Positions 1 through 12,200 of a DNA stretch of 64,000 nt are shown piece by piece. This DNA comes from Basidiobolus meristosporus CBS 931.73 (Eukaryota > Fungi > Basidiobolomycota): the NCBI GenBank assembly GCA_002104905.1, contig MCFE01000240.1, positions 1 through 64,000 on the forward strand. The letters run 5' to 3'. The notes under the pieces were generated by a model that ran no database searches, was not told the origin of the DNA, and saw only the letters and a program-made list of their open reading frames with translations. Each line of letters starts with the position of its first letter. Within the stretch, counting starts at the first letter, position 1. Made by a program: the position numbers and the translations under genes.

Positions 1-722
1 TACCTGCCATTCCGCTTAACAAAACCATCTACTTGGCAACGGATTATGGCCCGTATAAAGCTCTCTTTAAGGATGCCTTTCCCAGCAATAGCATTACTTA
101 CTACGAAGCCAGTGAACCAGAAGGAGTGTATACATCTTGTGGTGGGATCAAATCAGCACTCATAGACCTATTTCTGTTGCAGAGGTGTGATTCCATCCTT
201 ACCACTCAGTGGTCATCGTTCTCTTATATGGCGCATGCTATGGCTGGAAAAGCCCCAATGACCGTTGCACGCTTACTACCTTCACTTGAAATAGCAGCAG
301 ACCGAGTTTCTCCAGTAACTGGGTGCCTGCAACTACCCTCTTCAGAACCATTGTACTTTGAGCACACTCACTTGAGGCTTTTTAGCTGTTTTGACGAGGA
401 ATTTATGATGCCACCGGAACGGTCCGCCTGCGTTGCAGGATTTTGTCAACAGCATTGTCTTCATCATGATCGTGTTTTTCATTCGTTGCTTCCATTAGTT
501 GTATGGGATTTGCAGCAAGTTAGACGTTGGACTGCAATATATGGTTTCGCTGGAATATTAATTGGCGCGGCCTTCTTTCTTTCCAGCAAATATGACTCAC
601 CGATTAGAATACGTATCACATTCAAATGGAAAGAGTATATGCTGTGTATCCTTCTTGTCTACTGCATACTCTTTGCAACATTTGGTGCATTGTCATCAGC
701 CTTTGGCTTAAGTGAACGCTAA
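1..722 (+). CDS. Fucosyltransferase-like protein (GT37/GT23/GT11 superfamily motifs), 5' end outside the window, C-terminal TM helices
   Basis: Frame is open from the window edge (PAIPLNKTIYLATDY). 'IYLATD' resembles fucosyltransferase motif II. 'IDLFLLQRCDSILTTQWSSFSYMAHAMAG' resembles motif III of plant xyloglucan fucosyltransferases. Two hydrophobic segments near the C-terminus; stop TAA at 720-722. Confidence 0.65.
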   Translation, partial: PAIPLNKTIYLATDYGPYKALFKDAFPSNSITYYEASEPEGVYTSCGGIKSALIDLFLLQRCDSILTTQWSSFSYMAHAMAGKAPMTVARLLPSLEIAADRVSPVTGCLQLPSSEPLYFEHTHLRLFSCFDEEFMMPPERSACVAGFCQQHCLHHDRVFHSLLPLVVWDLQQVRRWTAIYGFAGILIGAAFFLSSKYDSPIRIRITFKWKEYMLCILLVYCILFATFGALSSAFGLSER

Positions 723-786
723 TATCAGCCACTCAGATAAATCCCCATTTTTTAACTCAAGAATATGCTATTTATTGATGGTATGC

Positions 787-1233
787 TCAAGTACATTGGC
801 TGAAATCTCCATTGGGATCAGGTGTGATCTGGAAGCTCCCGGTTTGCAAACTGCAGTCCATATCTTGACCTGATGCGCTCGAATATACCTTGAGGTAGTA
901 GTCTCCATCTCTTTGCAGACACAAAGGCACAGTCAGTGTGAGTGACAGTTGGCCAGCGGTAGCACTGACTCCTGGGTAGCTTCTGTATTGTGTATGCAAG
1001 AACTGATCATCTTTGGCGCTAAAGAGATCCACCTCTCTGATATTGGTAACGCTGGAGTCTGTAGCAGTCCAGGTGATCACAACATGGTCATTCGGTGAAA
1101 AAGTCGATCCCGGGCCTGTAGCATGAGCAAGTGAGCCCACTGACCATCCTTCGCACTGACTGGGGGAACCTACTGGAGCGCTACAGGTGTGGGTGGCAAG
1201 TGCGACAAAGGCTAGAATAGAAAGACGCTGCAT
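787..1233 (-). CDS. Small secreted protein (148 aa), possible Ig-like/Kre9-N-type beta-sandwich
   Basis: Intronless ATG ORF with a signal-peptide-like N-terminus (MQRLSILAFVALATHTCSA), several Cys, and a beta-strand pattern (VVITWT, EVDLF, YYLKVYS). The fold assignment is inference. Confidence 0.65.
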   Translation of the reverse strand: MQRLSILAFVALATHTCSAPVGSPSQCEGWSVGSLAHATGPGSTFSPNDHVVITWTATDSSVTNIREVDLFSAKDDQFLHTQYRSYPGVSATAGQLSLTLTVPLCLQRDGDYYLKVYSSASGQDMDCSLQTGSFQITPDPNGDFSQCT

Positions 1234-2576
1234 GGTAAGTGGTGAATATTGGATTGTATTCTTGGGATTTGAGCATTTATATGTGAATCGTGGTTAGCCA
1301 CATATTTCAATATGGTAAGCCAAGCCATCACTCCCGCAGCCTTGGGGTTAGGGTTATTATAAAACTAGTTGGCTATGTTGCTTAAAGTATAAATGCCAGT
1401 CACCTTGATTATTTTTTTGCCAGTTCTCAATAACTGGTGCAGCAATTTGTATGATACAACTGATTGATATTCCAAAATCAGGCCATATGTATATATGGAT
1501 CGTGGTCTACTTTCATCTTATTGTTCTACCAAAGGCCTCAACTTATAATGGTAGGATTGTATAATACCCAATGAAAAAATCGCAAGCCTGAAGCTTAGTC
1601 TTAATTGTTGCTCAAGTACCAGCGATGTCAAAATATCACTTGGAATCTGTTTTCACCACACCGTTTCTACTAAGCATTCTCAACCTTTCATGGCTCTGGG
1701 TAAAGTGAATATCAGTATTTTACAGCTAGACAGTGTAATTGAGCGCTCATATATTCAATACTACTAAAACCCAAGAACATTTGTAACACTAACTCTAAGA
1801 GAAAAAATTGAGAACCAGTCAGCATAATTTTCCTATAATATCTGCTGAATTCCAGATTTCACAAAACTGACAACTCTAAATATCTCAGATTCTAGCTATT
1901 GAGCAGACAAGCAGACATATTTTCCATGAGGAGACTAGGCTAACTAGCACTCATACCAAATTGGGTAATCAACTGCTCACTACTTCCACCAACAATTGTA
2001 ACTGAAAATTTGAAGGAGAAGCACCAGCTGAATACCAGCTGAAAATATGATGAATTCTAAGTTCAAGATTTCTCTTAGGGTAACTGTAGGCTTTGGCAGT
2101 CCTACCTTGATGGAGAGAAACTTGTTCTATAAAAACCTAATTTGTATGGCCTTTATGGTGGGGTATGCTGTGACAAATGCACCTGTTTAACTTACTAGTC
2201 CCAATTTTCTCTATGGCAGTAATTATGGACCCTAATATTCAGGTGTTTGGTTGCTAATAATAAATACCACAATATATTCAGAATTTCAAGGGTCACCTTG
2301 TTTAGCACGCACAACATTATGCTTCTAGAGAGTGGTGGTTGGACCTCAAGTTTAGAGCTAATTAGAGCACTTCTAGAAGCTCAAGTTTCTTGACATTTGT
2401 TTCTAAGTAAACTGTTGCAAATCTTGAAAGCTGATGTAATTGTACTGAGATTATATTCCGCAGTATTTAGCCCCTGTTATCAAGGGTTCACAGGAATCGT
2501 GTCGCTACGCAAGTCCATAGAGATCATAAAATATAGCGTCCCTTGAGCTTCGGCACATGGAATACTCATTAAAAGC

Positions 2577-3338
2577 ATGTCTGCTGGGCCTACTATCACT
2601 CTCTACGGGTTTCCAAAACATGAGAATGAACCTTCAACCTCAGGTTACTGTCAGAAGCTCGAAACCTTTTTCCGTGCAACAGGTTTCACCACATATACCC
2701 ATTCAGCCACATTGAATAATTATGCACCCAAGAAAAAACTCCCATATATCGAGCTTAAGTACCCTTTTGGCAAAGTCGAGACAATTGCGGACTCGCACTT
2801 CATTATCAAGCGTTTAATTGCCAACGGGATAACCAGTGACCCAGATGCCTCTTTAACCCCGACGCAACGTTCTGATTCCCGTGCTTGGATTGTCTGGACT
2901 GAAGAGTTGATATATAGTGCCATCGTCAACACGCGCTGGGGGCGCGACCATAACTACAACAGTATTGTCCAAGGTCTTCCTGTTCCTTGGCCTCTACAGT
3001 CACCACTAGGGTGGTATTTGAGACGTAACATTACTAGTGCTTTGTGGACAGCAGGTGTTGGAAGACATTCAGAAGAAGAGCTTGAGAGTATATTGCAGGA
3101 GTACGTCGATGCTCTGGCTTTAAAGTTGGATGGGACCGAATTCTTTTTTGGGACGGAGCCTACTCTGGTCGATGTAGTGGCTTACAGTTTTTTAGCTAAC
3201 TCACTGTGTGTTGGCGAAGGAAACAGTGAATATCAGCTTATGATCTTGAAGAAGGAAAGGTTGAAGACATATGTTGCTTCACTGACAGAGAGATGGTTTC
3301 CGGAATACAGGAAACTCCTGGAGAAAGTGAATGAGTAG
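2577..3338 (+). CDS. GST-fold protein, failed-axon-connections (FAX)/metaxin-like family
   Basis: Intronless 253-aa ORF. 'STSGYCQKLETFFR', 'PKKKLPYIE', 'IADSHFII' and C-terminal 'FFFGTEPTLVDVVAYSFLA' are typical of FAX/metaxin-like GST N and C domains. Confidence 0.85.
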   Translation: MSAGPTITLYGFPKHENEPSTSGYCQKLETFFRATGFTTYTHSATLNNYAPKKKLPYIELKYPFGKVETIADSHFIIKRLIANGITSDPDASLTPTQRSDSRAWIVWTEELIYSAIVNTRWGRDHNYNSIVQGLPVPWPLQSPLGWYLRRNITSALWTAGVGRHSEEELESILQEYVDALALKLDGTEFFFGTEPTLVDVVAYSFLANSLCVGEGNSEYQLMILKKERLKTYVASLTERWFPEYRKLLEKVNE

Positions 3339-4283
3339 TAGTTAAACTCATCTGCAAATTGACTGATTGACAAATGTTTCCTTGATTAATTAAGATGGAT
3401 TAGGTTCACTAAATAGTTACCTCCTTTGAGGATTGTACCAACCGACGAAGTGTATATATTTCTTCACATCAAGAAGTTTCAATGATAGATATACAAATAG
3501 TTGGGACTGCTTTATTTCACGACATCAACATGCTATCCAATAGGTTTTTTAATTCTGCGTGGAATATTTGTGCGCTTCTAAGGCTCAACCCATCTCTCGG
3601 CGACAGCACACAGACCTTCAACACACTAATGCCTGAGGCTATCATCATACAACATACTTGGCTCGGTAGATATTGAGTGTCTCAGTAATATGATAGCAAT
3701 TGGCACACGTCAACTATGTACTACTTGTCCATCATCATACCAACTTGTCTCAGCATCCACTTACTGGCCCCCGTTCCCAAATTTTGGAAGTCACTTGATC
3801 TAAGGCCTAACTAACCCTAAAGACATGCTCCGATGACTCACTGGCAGGCTTGTTGAGGAATATTATGCCACCCAGCTCCATGTGGATTTCTAATGAAACA
3901 TTCGGTCAGGCATTGACAACAACCGGATTTTCCACCCAATAAGGAGTATGTTGTGTAACAGTGTTGTAGAATTATTAAGCAAGTGGAATCGACGATTATC
4001 GAACAACTACCTGGTACCGGCGGCGGTAGATTCGGGGAAATGACGTCGGTAGCAATATGCATAATTTTGAATTGCATCGTGGCCCATATTAGATAGGAAA
4101 TCACTGGGCCAATCTGTTGTACAGCAATTGATCATGCGAGCTTAGTTTTATGGTGTACAAGATCCTATCCACGGTTTATTAGTGTATTAAATGGATGCTA
4201 TATTAAGATGCGTGAAAATTTTAAAGTGCAAGTTGGTTGGATGCGTAGGAGACAAGAGCGGTATTAACGCTTTGGCTTCCTTT

Positions 4284-7200
4284 TTAACGCTTTGGCTTCC
4301 TATTGATCCATACAAACAGAATAAACACTAGAACGTTAAACACGAAAAAGCCCCAAAGAATCCCGAAGTTTCTCCACCGGTGGCTGATGGTCCACTCGAA
4401 GTTCCTCAGGAACTCGCTTCCACTGGAGTATTGGCAGTACTCGCAAACATCAGTGGCTGAGGGATCTCGCAAGTACCCTGTGGTGGTTTTCAACCAGGCA
4501 GCACTGTAGGAGCCGCATGTTTGGCCAGCCGGGGGTGTGTATTTTACGTAATCCTGTGGTATACACTCCACCTTCATGTTGTTGAAGACAGTGGTAATGA
4601 ACCCTTCCAAGAAATAATGGTAAGGATCCAGCGGGTACATCCATACTCTCCAGAAGTAGACCATGGCTGCGGGCGGGGAGAGCAGACCAGCAAAGAGGAA
4701 CAAGAAAGTGTTGGGAATCGGGGTGACAATGGATGCTTGCGCCATAGTCTGTAACATCGCGGCAATGGCCAAACCAAACGAGATCGAGAAGAGAAGGAAG
4801 ATAATCAACAGAATATAGAGGTAGAATCCATCCAATGCCGTTGTTTGAATGCCGGCCGTCCAGTAGAGGGGTAGGAATCCAAACGCACCGGCCACACACA
4901 TGTAGGGCACTTCCACAAGAATCATGGCAAATGCAAATGCGAAGAATCCGTAGTATTTGGAGGCATAGTCACGTCGGAAGAAAGCACGCTGAGCCATGAA
5001 CTGCGGCTGGATGGAGAAAATCAGCGTCAAGCCCATAATCAAGATTTGGAAGACGATCAAGGTGCGCAACTGCAAATCACTGGGGGTGGGGGCCAGCTTC
5101 CAGAAGGTGAACCCGTTAAGAATACCAATGAAGAACGCCTGCCAGATTCGGCCAATGTTAAAGAATGGATCTCTCCACCAAACAAGGTTGATACGCTTGT
5201 ACACTTCCCAAATTTGGTAGGGGAGACTGGTTGCGAACTCACGTGCATTAGGATCCTTGATGTTGGCGGTGGCGTTGGCATTCAGTCTTTGAAGCTCATT
5301 CTTAACCTCTTGAGCTTCTGGGCTGTTCTTCCACACATCGGTCCAATCCTTCAGGGCTTTGCCGGAGATACCGGCACCGATCACCTCCAAAATGTATTCA
5401 GCAGGGTTTTCTGATTGATCGCAGCGACGAGCGCCGTTGCGTTCGAAGTATTCGTTCATAACAACGGAGTTCTCGCCAATATCTCCGAAGTAAGCAACTT
5501 TGCCACCGCGGGCAAGTAGCAAGAGTCGATCGAAATGTTCGAAGAGGATGGATGAGGGCTGGTGAATAGTGCACACAAGGGCCATTCCTGAGTCAGCAAG
5601 CTTACGGATAAACTTGATAATGTTGTAGGAGGACTGGGAGTCCAGGCCGGAGGTGGGTTCGTCCAAGAAAAGAATGGTTGGCTTGGCGACAAGCTCCATA
5701 CCGATGGTTAAGCGTTTACGTTCTTCGACCGAAATACCCTGTCCTGCCTCAAGCATACCAATCAGAGCGTCGCCTAAATGCTGCATTTCCATCATCTTCA
5801 AGACGGTTTCGACATACTCATACTTCTCTTCCAAGGGAACATCCATGGGTTGGCGCATCTTGGCGGAGAATTGTAGTGCTTCACGTACGGTTAACTGCAA
5901 GAATGGGGGCTGATTAATACTTGCTCGTGTCGCAAAATAAAAAGCTTTCACTTACGTAAGGGTTATGTACGTCCATCTGTTCCACGTATCCAGTGATACG
6001 TTCAAAGTCCACTTGCAAAGGATTCCCGTTCAAGAAAATATCACCCTCGACAACACCAATGGTCTTTCTCTTAGCTAGAACATCCAATAGGGTCGTCTTA
6101 CCGGCTCCAGAAGATCCCATCAATGCAGTCATCTGGCCTGGTTTGATCCAGCCTTCACATTGGTTTAGAAGTTGGAGACTGCCACCCTTGATAGGTACAG
6201 TGTAGTTAACATTGTCCCAGGTGAAGATGCCGGCCTCAGCAGCGAAATTATCTCCCATGTTGTCATATGCCTCCTGGGCTTCGCGCACTCTCTTCAACTC
6301 CTCCTCATCAGAATGGCTAGGTGCCTTTCCTCGCTTGAAGATCTTCTTGATGAAACCGCCAGTTACCCAATGAATCTTCTCCATGGCAAGCATATTACAT
6401 CCAACAAAGAAGAGCCAGAAGAGTAGCACGGCAATGATATCAATCGCCAGCTGAGACGTCTTGTATCCATAGGCTGCATCAAGATAGTCGCTACCAGTTA
6501 CGAACAATTGTCCCGGCTTGGCTCCAGCTAATACGCAGACTTGATGGGCGGGGTCGTTATAGCCGGGCCCACTAGGCGCCAAACCAACAGGAGCAATGCA
6601 CGGGAATTGAAGGCCACGCATTTCATTAACGAACAAGGCTTTGAAAGCATAGGCGTATGGGTCGATCCAATAGATCCAGTAGAGCCAGGGATGCATCTTG
6701 CTATACGGAATGGAGAAACCACAATATGTGATTAGAGTAATCAAGCAGACACCGGTAAGCTGGAAGGCAACATAGATGGATGGACTGCAATTTCCTAGCA
6801 GTCTGAAGAGATCCGTTGTAGCCAGAGTTGTTAGGATGTTGACCAGTAAGAAAATAAAGAATTTCCCGGCATTGAGGTCCAGGCCAAACATGAAGTATGC
6901 AATAATCGAGTACATCAAACATTGAACGAACACGATGGGGATATCGGTAACCACTCGGGCGATATGGAATGCCGATGGATGGTACATGGCATACGACTTG
7001 TGCTTCTGCAAAGTCATACGACCGGTAAGAACATTTGGTAATTCGGCTTGGGATAAGAAGGCGTTGAAAAGAAGAGAACTCAAGAGAGCACCACCTCTTT
7101 GGAAGGCGCCAGTGGAGTTAAGACCCATCATGTAGAACACGGAACCATAGACAAAGGCTTGAATGAGGACAGAAAAGTACCGCTCGTACAAGGCATGCTT

Positions 7201-8851
7201 GTCTCCCCATAGAATTTGGAACTGGCGAGTGGTAAGAGCGACAACTTGTTGGTAGAAATTGGCCGAGTAAACACTGTTTGGCGACACTCCTTTTTGTTTG
7301 ATCTCCTGAACATAGGCCTTGAATTCGGCGGCCGGTTGTTCCCGTTCGATTTTGGCTTCGTAATCAGCCATGTTCTGAAGCAGGATCTTGTAATCTTCGG
7401 ATTGTTGGAAATATCTCTCGAATTCTTCCGGGCTTCGAGGGACTTTGCCTTCAAATCCGGGGGCAACGATACGCTCGTTAGGGTTGGTGATACCGGTCAA
7501 GAAGTCGGGGATACTCTTTCTGGGCTCGCAGTCGTATCCCATCTCCATGAAGTAACTCTTGGCGCGGTCCTTGGGACCGAAGAAAATGCACCGGCCGAGA
7601 TACAGCAACATCACTTTATCATAGAGGTTGTAGATGCTGTCCGAGGCCTGGTAAAGGGTAGCGATGGTGGTTTTGTTGAGTGTATCGCATTGGATACGAA
7701 GGGATTTGTTGTAGTCCAGAGCACTGGCTGCATCCAGACCTCTTGTGGGGCAATCCCAGGTGGTGATTGCGCTACGTGCGGTCATCACTTCGGAAATGGT
7801 CATACGTTTCCGTTCACCGCCAGAAAGACCTCTCACCCATGCATTACCAACAAGCTAGATGACAGTGTGGTTAGAAATCAATGGGTACAACGCGCCAGAG
7901 GGGACCGAAGTTCAGTACTAACCGTGTTCTCTTGCTTCTTCAATCCGAAAATTCTAAGCAAAGTATTCATGAAGTCGTCTTGGAATTCTTTGGAGCTCAT
8001 GCCTGGCACACGGCGAGCCGGTGTTTTCATCTTCAAAGCGAAGCCGAGCGTCTCTTTCACCGTCAGCTCTGGGTAATGGGCATCCTCCTCCATACAATAG
8101 ATCGCTTCTCCGAGATATCTGCCAAAGCTCTCGGCAGGAATTCCTCCATAGTTGACTTCACCAACCACGTCTAGGAATCCTTGTCGTGAGTTTGCCAGAA
8201 CACGCAACAGACTGGAGCAACCAGCGCCAGGCCTTCCCAACACTAGAAGCATCTCGCCCTCGGGGCAATAGCCTGTGACGTTGTGGATAATGTCGAATTG
8301 GGTGACCTTGCTAACTTTGCCGAACCTAAGTCGAAGAAGAGGGTCAGTATAACTGGGTGAACTGAAAGAACGCTCCCAAACAGTCCATACCATCTCATGG
8401 GGTTAAGCATTTTGCCGATGGCACGTATCGGGGAAAGAAGGGTCAAAATAACTGAGGCGTCGCTGCCTTCACCAACGATGGTAAGGTTCTTAAAAGTGAC
8501 ACCCATATGCTGGCGACTTATACCGTTCGCGTCGGCAGCACGGACACCCGACTCCAAATAGTCTTTGAAGTTGAAGTCGTCGCCTTGTGGGGCGCCTTTC
8601 TCGGGGTCAATTGGATTTGTCGAGCGTCGAGAGAGTTGTCGGGAAACCTCTTGCGAGTGCTTCGACGAGATTCTAGATATCCGACGTTCTAGGTCACGGA
8701 ACATCTCCGTGTTGCGTTTAACATCGATACCATCGTCCGAGGGGTCGACGGCAGTGCTGGTTGTATCTTCATCGTCCGATTCACCGAAGTGGGGGTGGTA
8801 GCCCTTGGCTTGAACCTTCTCTATGGAGTCAGGCTCTTGATTTAGGCCCAT
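4284..8851 (-). CDS. Full-size ABCG/PDR-type ABC transporter (NBD-TMD)x2, about 1457 aa, 4 exons
   Basis: NBD1 Walker A GRPGAGCS and signature LSGGERKR; NBD2 GSSGAGKT, SVEERKR and LFLDEPTSGLD; PDR_CDR-type Cys-rich loops. GT-AG introns at 8326-8390, 7855-7922 and 5895-5955 join the ORFs in frame (4374 nt spliced). Confidence 0.95.
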
Positions 8852-9491
8852 GATGAACAATCAAGCTCGAAGGATTTTCAGTTAGGTCTCCCTGGGACAG
8901 GGATTATATAGAGTTGTGAGCAACAACAGCGCTTCACAAATCATTAGTAATCAGCCAGTCAGAAGAAAGAAGGCAAATATTAAGTGAGACCAGTTTTTTT
9001 TACAACACACGATCATTCAAGCATCAAGAATTCAACAATTGCCCGCTCGGCCAATCGGCGCCGATTAGGTTCCGTGAAAAAAGATCATTGCGGAGATCGC
9101 TCACTGCGGACGCTTCGGGTATACTTCCAATGTGGATTCTACCGGATAAGACCAATTCAACACATTGCAATGCGAGGGCCATGACTGGTAGATCCAGGTT
9201 TAATGCATGAAATAATTTAGATTCCACAGTAAAACCTAGAAATATTGCCATTAAAACCACTGTTGAAGCTGGTTATCTCCATCATACGGTGGTATGTCCT
9301 TACTGGTTGTTGTGTCCATCACTCCAGTAAGTAAATGCATCAGAACAATTGTGCCATCTGCTCCATGGGGGGGTGTGGCTGAGCGGCGATTGATGGATGT
9401 TTACTTCCCTAACCCAGAGCCAACCCTGAAACTAAGATGATGTCGATTGGCAGATTTGGTGTGTCAGTAACCATACTGGGCAATTTGATAC

Positions 9492-9550
9492 TACCACCAC
9501 CACAAACACCACCACAAACACCACCACAAATACCACCTCAAATACCACCG
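9492..9550. repeat. Short 12-bp-period tandem repeat (ACCACCACAAAY)n, about 4-5 degenerate units
   Basis: accaccacaaacaccaccacaaacaccaccacaaataccacctcaaataccacc read directly. Confidence 0.8.
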
Positions 9551-10099
9551 ATATCTCCCAGGTAATTATGAATTTGGTTTTTATCGCCCAAGTGATGTTG
9601 GATTTGGGGATAATCCGATCTGGACATTCCTAGCTAATCTGATTCAATCGATTCCCCATCTGGCCATGTTCTCCCTTTACCATTGAAACCAATAGCCAGT
9701 TGAATTTCCTGATATGGACAGCTGAGGTACTAATTGAAATGTCAAAAATCATCTGGATTTTGACTTATTCGATGATGTATTGAAGTATAATTGCTAGGGG
9801 CATAGCCTGAACCTTGTAAAGTCAGCTATGCTGCGGCTGGTGTTGGTAAGAGTGCATTTGGTAACATGATAAAGTAAGTATATAGCCTCCACAATTGAAA
9901 GCCTCATCGTAAACTTTAAAACGTGGTATGCAGCTGAAAGTCCACCTAGTATATTAAGATGCTGTACTTGGCCAGTATGCAGGAATCTCATTGAGGATGT
10001 CATTAAATGTTAAAATTGCATCTACTTGATAGATATGATATCCAAGGTCCTCTAGAAAACTCGAAACTCAGCACATATACTGCTACACACCTCTAAAGG

Positions 10100-11730
10100 C
10101 CAAACACCTTACACATCTTTAGGGTTTAATTGGAATATTTTCATCAAAATATCAGGCACCCGGTATATGAAACCCTTCCCAAGCTATGCGCACGTGCCAT
10201 TGAGATCTTCTTGGCATATTTGGTGTGTTTTTTCCAAGACCTTGCAGAAGTATACATACTACCTTTACATTCAGTAAGCTGATTAGTGAGAATTGTAACA
10301 CCCTCTAATTCTCCCGATCACCTCCTGTCATAAACTTTGTAATTACACCAAAATATTCTATTCACCTGGTCACATAGATTATAGTCTATGAATCTTAGAA
10401 TATCTTGCCCAAATTCCTTGCCTGGATTTATCTAGGATGTCATACCAAAATATCAGGTACACAGGACACAAAAATTTATTACATTTTCAAACATCCCCAA
10501 ACTTTGCACACATGTTCTTAGAACCTTCCTAAGTGTACTATATATGCATGCTCAGTCAAGATTATGCTAAGTATAAACAATTAATGAAAATCACATCATT
10601 TACTCATTCTCCTGGTCACTTTCAAAACCTCCAAAGATTTTATAACTTGTGTTTCAGGTGGCATTTTACCTTGATATGGGCTCTATTACTCATCTTAGAA
10701 AAGCTGCTAGCTTAATCCAAGTTAGTCTTTGCAAGTCCATGTATGGTCTTATGATAATGTCCTACCACAACTTCAGATTGTTATGTTGTAGGAATTTTGG
10801 AGATACTGAAAGTGATTGGGAGAACCGGTAGATTATGTGGTGTTCACTTTATGATTCCTGAATGTAAAAATAGTAGTTACAGATTTTCGTGGTCTTTGCA
10901 AGGCCAACATTCAGGATATGTTCAGCAAGGTCCCAAAAACATGTGTCCAAAGTATGGGGCTGTTTGGTCAGCTTTAAGATTTTAGATGCTTTGGGTCCCG
11001 TTATTTGGTGAAAATATTCCAAGTAAATCCTGACAAGGAATTTGGCCAGAATTCTGTAAGATTTGTAGAAAATGATCAGAGTGACTGAGTTAGGTGAGTA
11101 CTTAGATATAAATAAGAAATTTACACCAGTTTTGACTTAATGATTTGCTGAATGTCAAAGTAGTGTATGTACTTGAACATGATCTTTGTAATATAGGCAC
11201 ATAGAGTATATTTAAAAGGTCTCAAGGACATATGTGCAAAATTTGGGGCCTTTGGACAGCTTTTAGACTTTTCATGCTCTAGGCACCTGGTGATTGGCAA
11301 TATTCAACCCCCAGCAAGGAATTTGGCCAGAATTCTCCAAGAAATGTAGACTATGATTTAAGTGATTAAATTGTGAATATTTATATGTAATTACAATATT
11401 TACAGCATTTTTGACATAAGCCTAAATATTTAAAGAGCTTTCTTAGCCACATTGATTCTGCTGTAGCCTTGTAGGAGGCTGTGTGCAAAGTTTGGGGGCT
11501 TCTGGACGAGTTTGAAAATATTGATAACCCCCAGACCTTCACTGATTCTAGGAATCAGCTAATAACGAACTAAATCTTAGGTAAATTGTTCATAACTTAG
11601 CAATATGCTAAGTAGAATCTTACGCTATATGAATGGTTTAGGTGTAAACTAAATAATTACAACAAAATACTCTAAGATCCAAGTGACTTAGTGAATCTTT
11701 AGGTGTAACTATGAAGTTTACAACCATATG
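10100..11730. mobile_element. Cluster of at least 5 decayed solo LTRs/LTR fragments of the Copia family found at 53650
   Basis: About 320-345-bp units homologous to LTR 53650-53998 (shared 'ttctcccaatcac', 'ttgcacacatg', 'aatattttcaccaaa'). Plus-strand copies at ~10100-10325 and 10326-10647; minus-strand copies at 10784-11128, ~11129-11407, plus fragments to ~11727. CpG-poor. Confidence 0.75.
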
Positions 11731-12200
11731 CAATTCTACTAGTTTTCCAAATTACTTCCAATACACCCTAGAATCTTGCATAAATTTGCAACAAATCTCG
11801 TGTATCGTATTGTTAGTTTTCTTGGTATGTAAAGCTTATGGAGATTGTAATGGTCATTCAAGGGTTCCAAAGAATCAGAAAAATAGCTTGAAATCCACTA
11901 ATTGAAGCATGAAATCAGGATATAAAAATACATGCGAAATCTGAATCTATCCAACACGCCATTACCCTGCCATTGTAAATTGAAACCCGCTTATAGTTTC
12001 TGAATGATTGTAACTGGTCGACAGAACTACTTTTGAAGAATAACCGGGCAGTGATTGTCTTATGGACTATTATTAGTGATCAATCCAAAATGCTGTAAAT
12101 CATTCTAAAGATATCAAAGCTGGTAAGCAAAGGTAGCTGAAACATGGGTGGATGACTGTTCGGCTTTTGCCAAGAGGGTACAGAGAAATACGTGTTCAGC

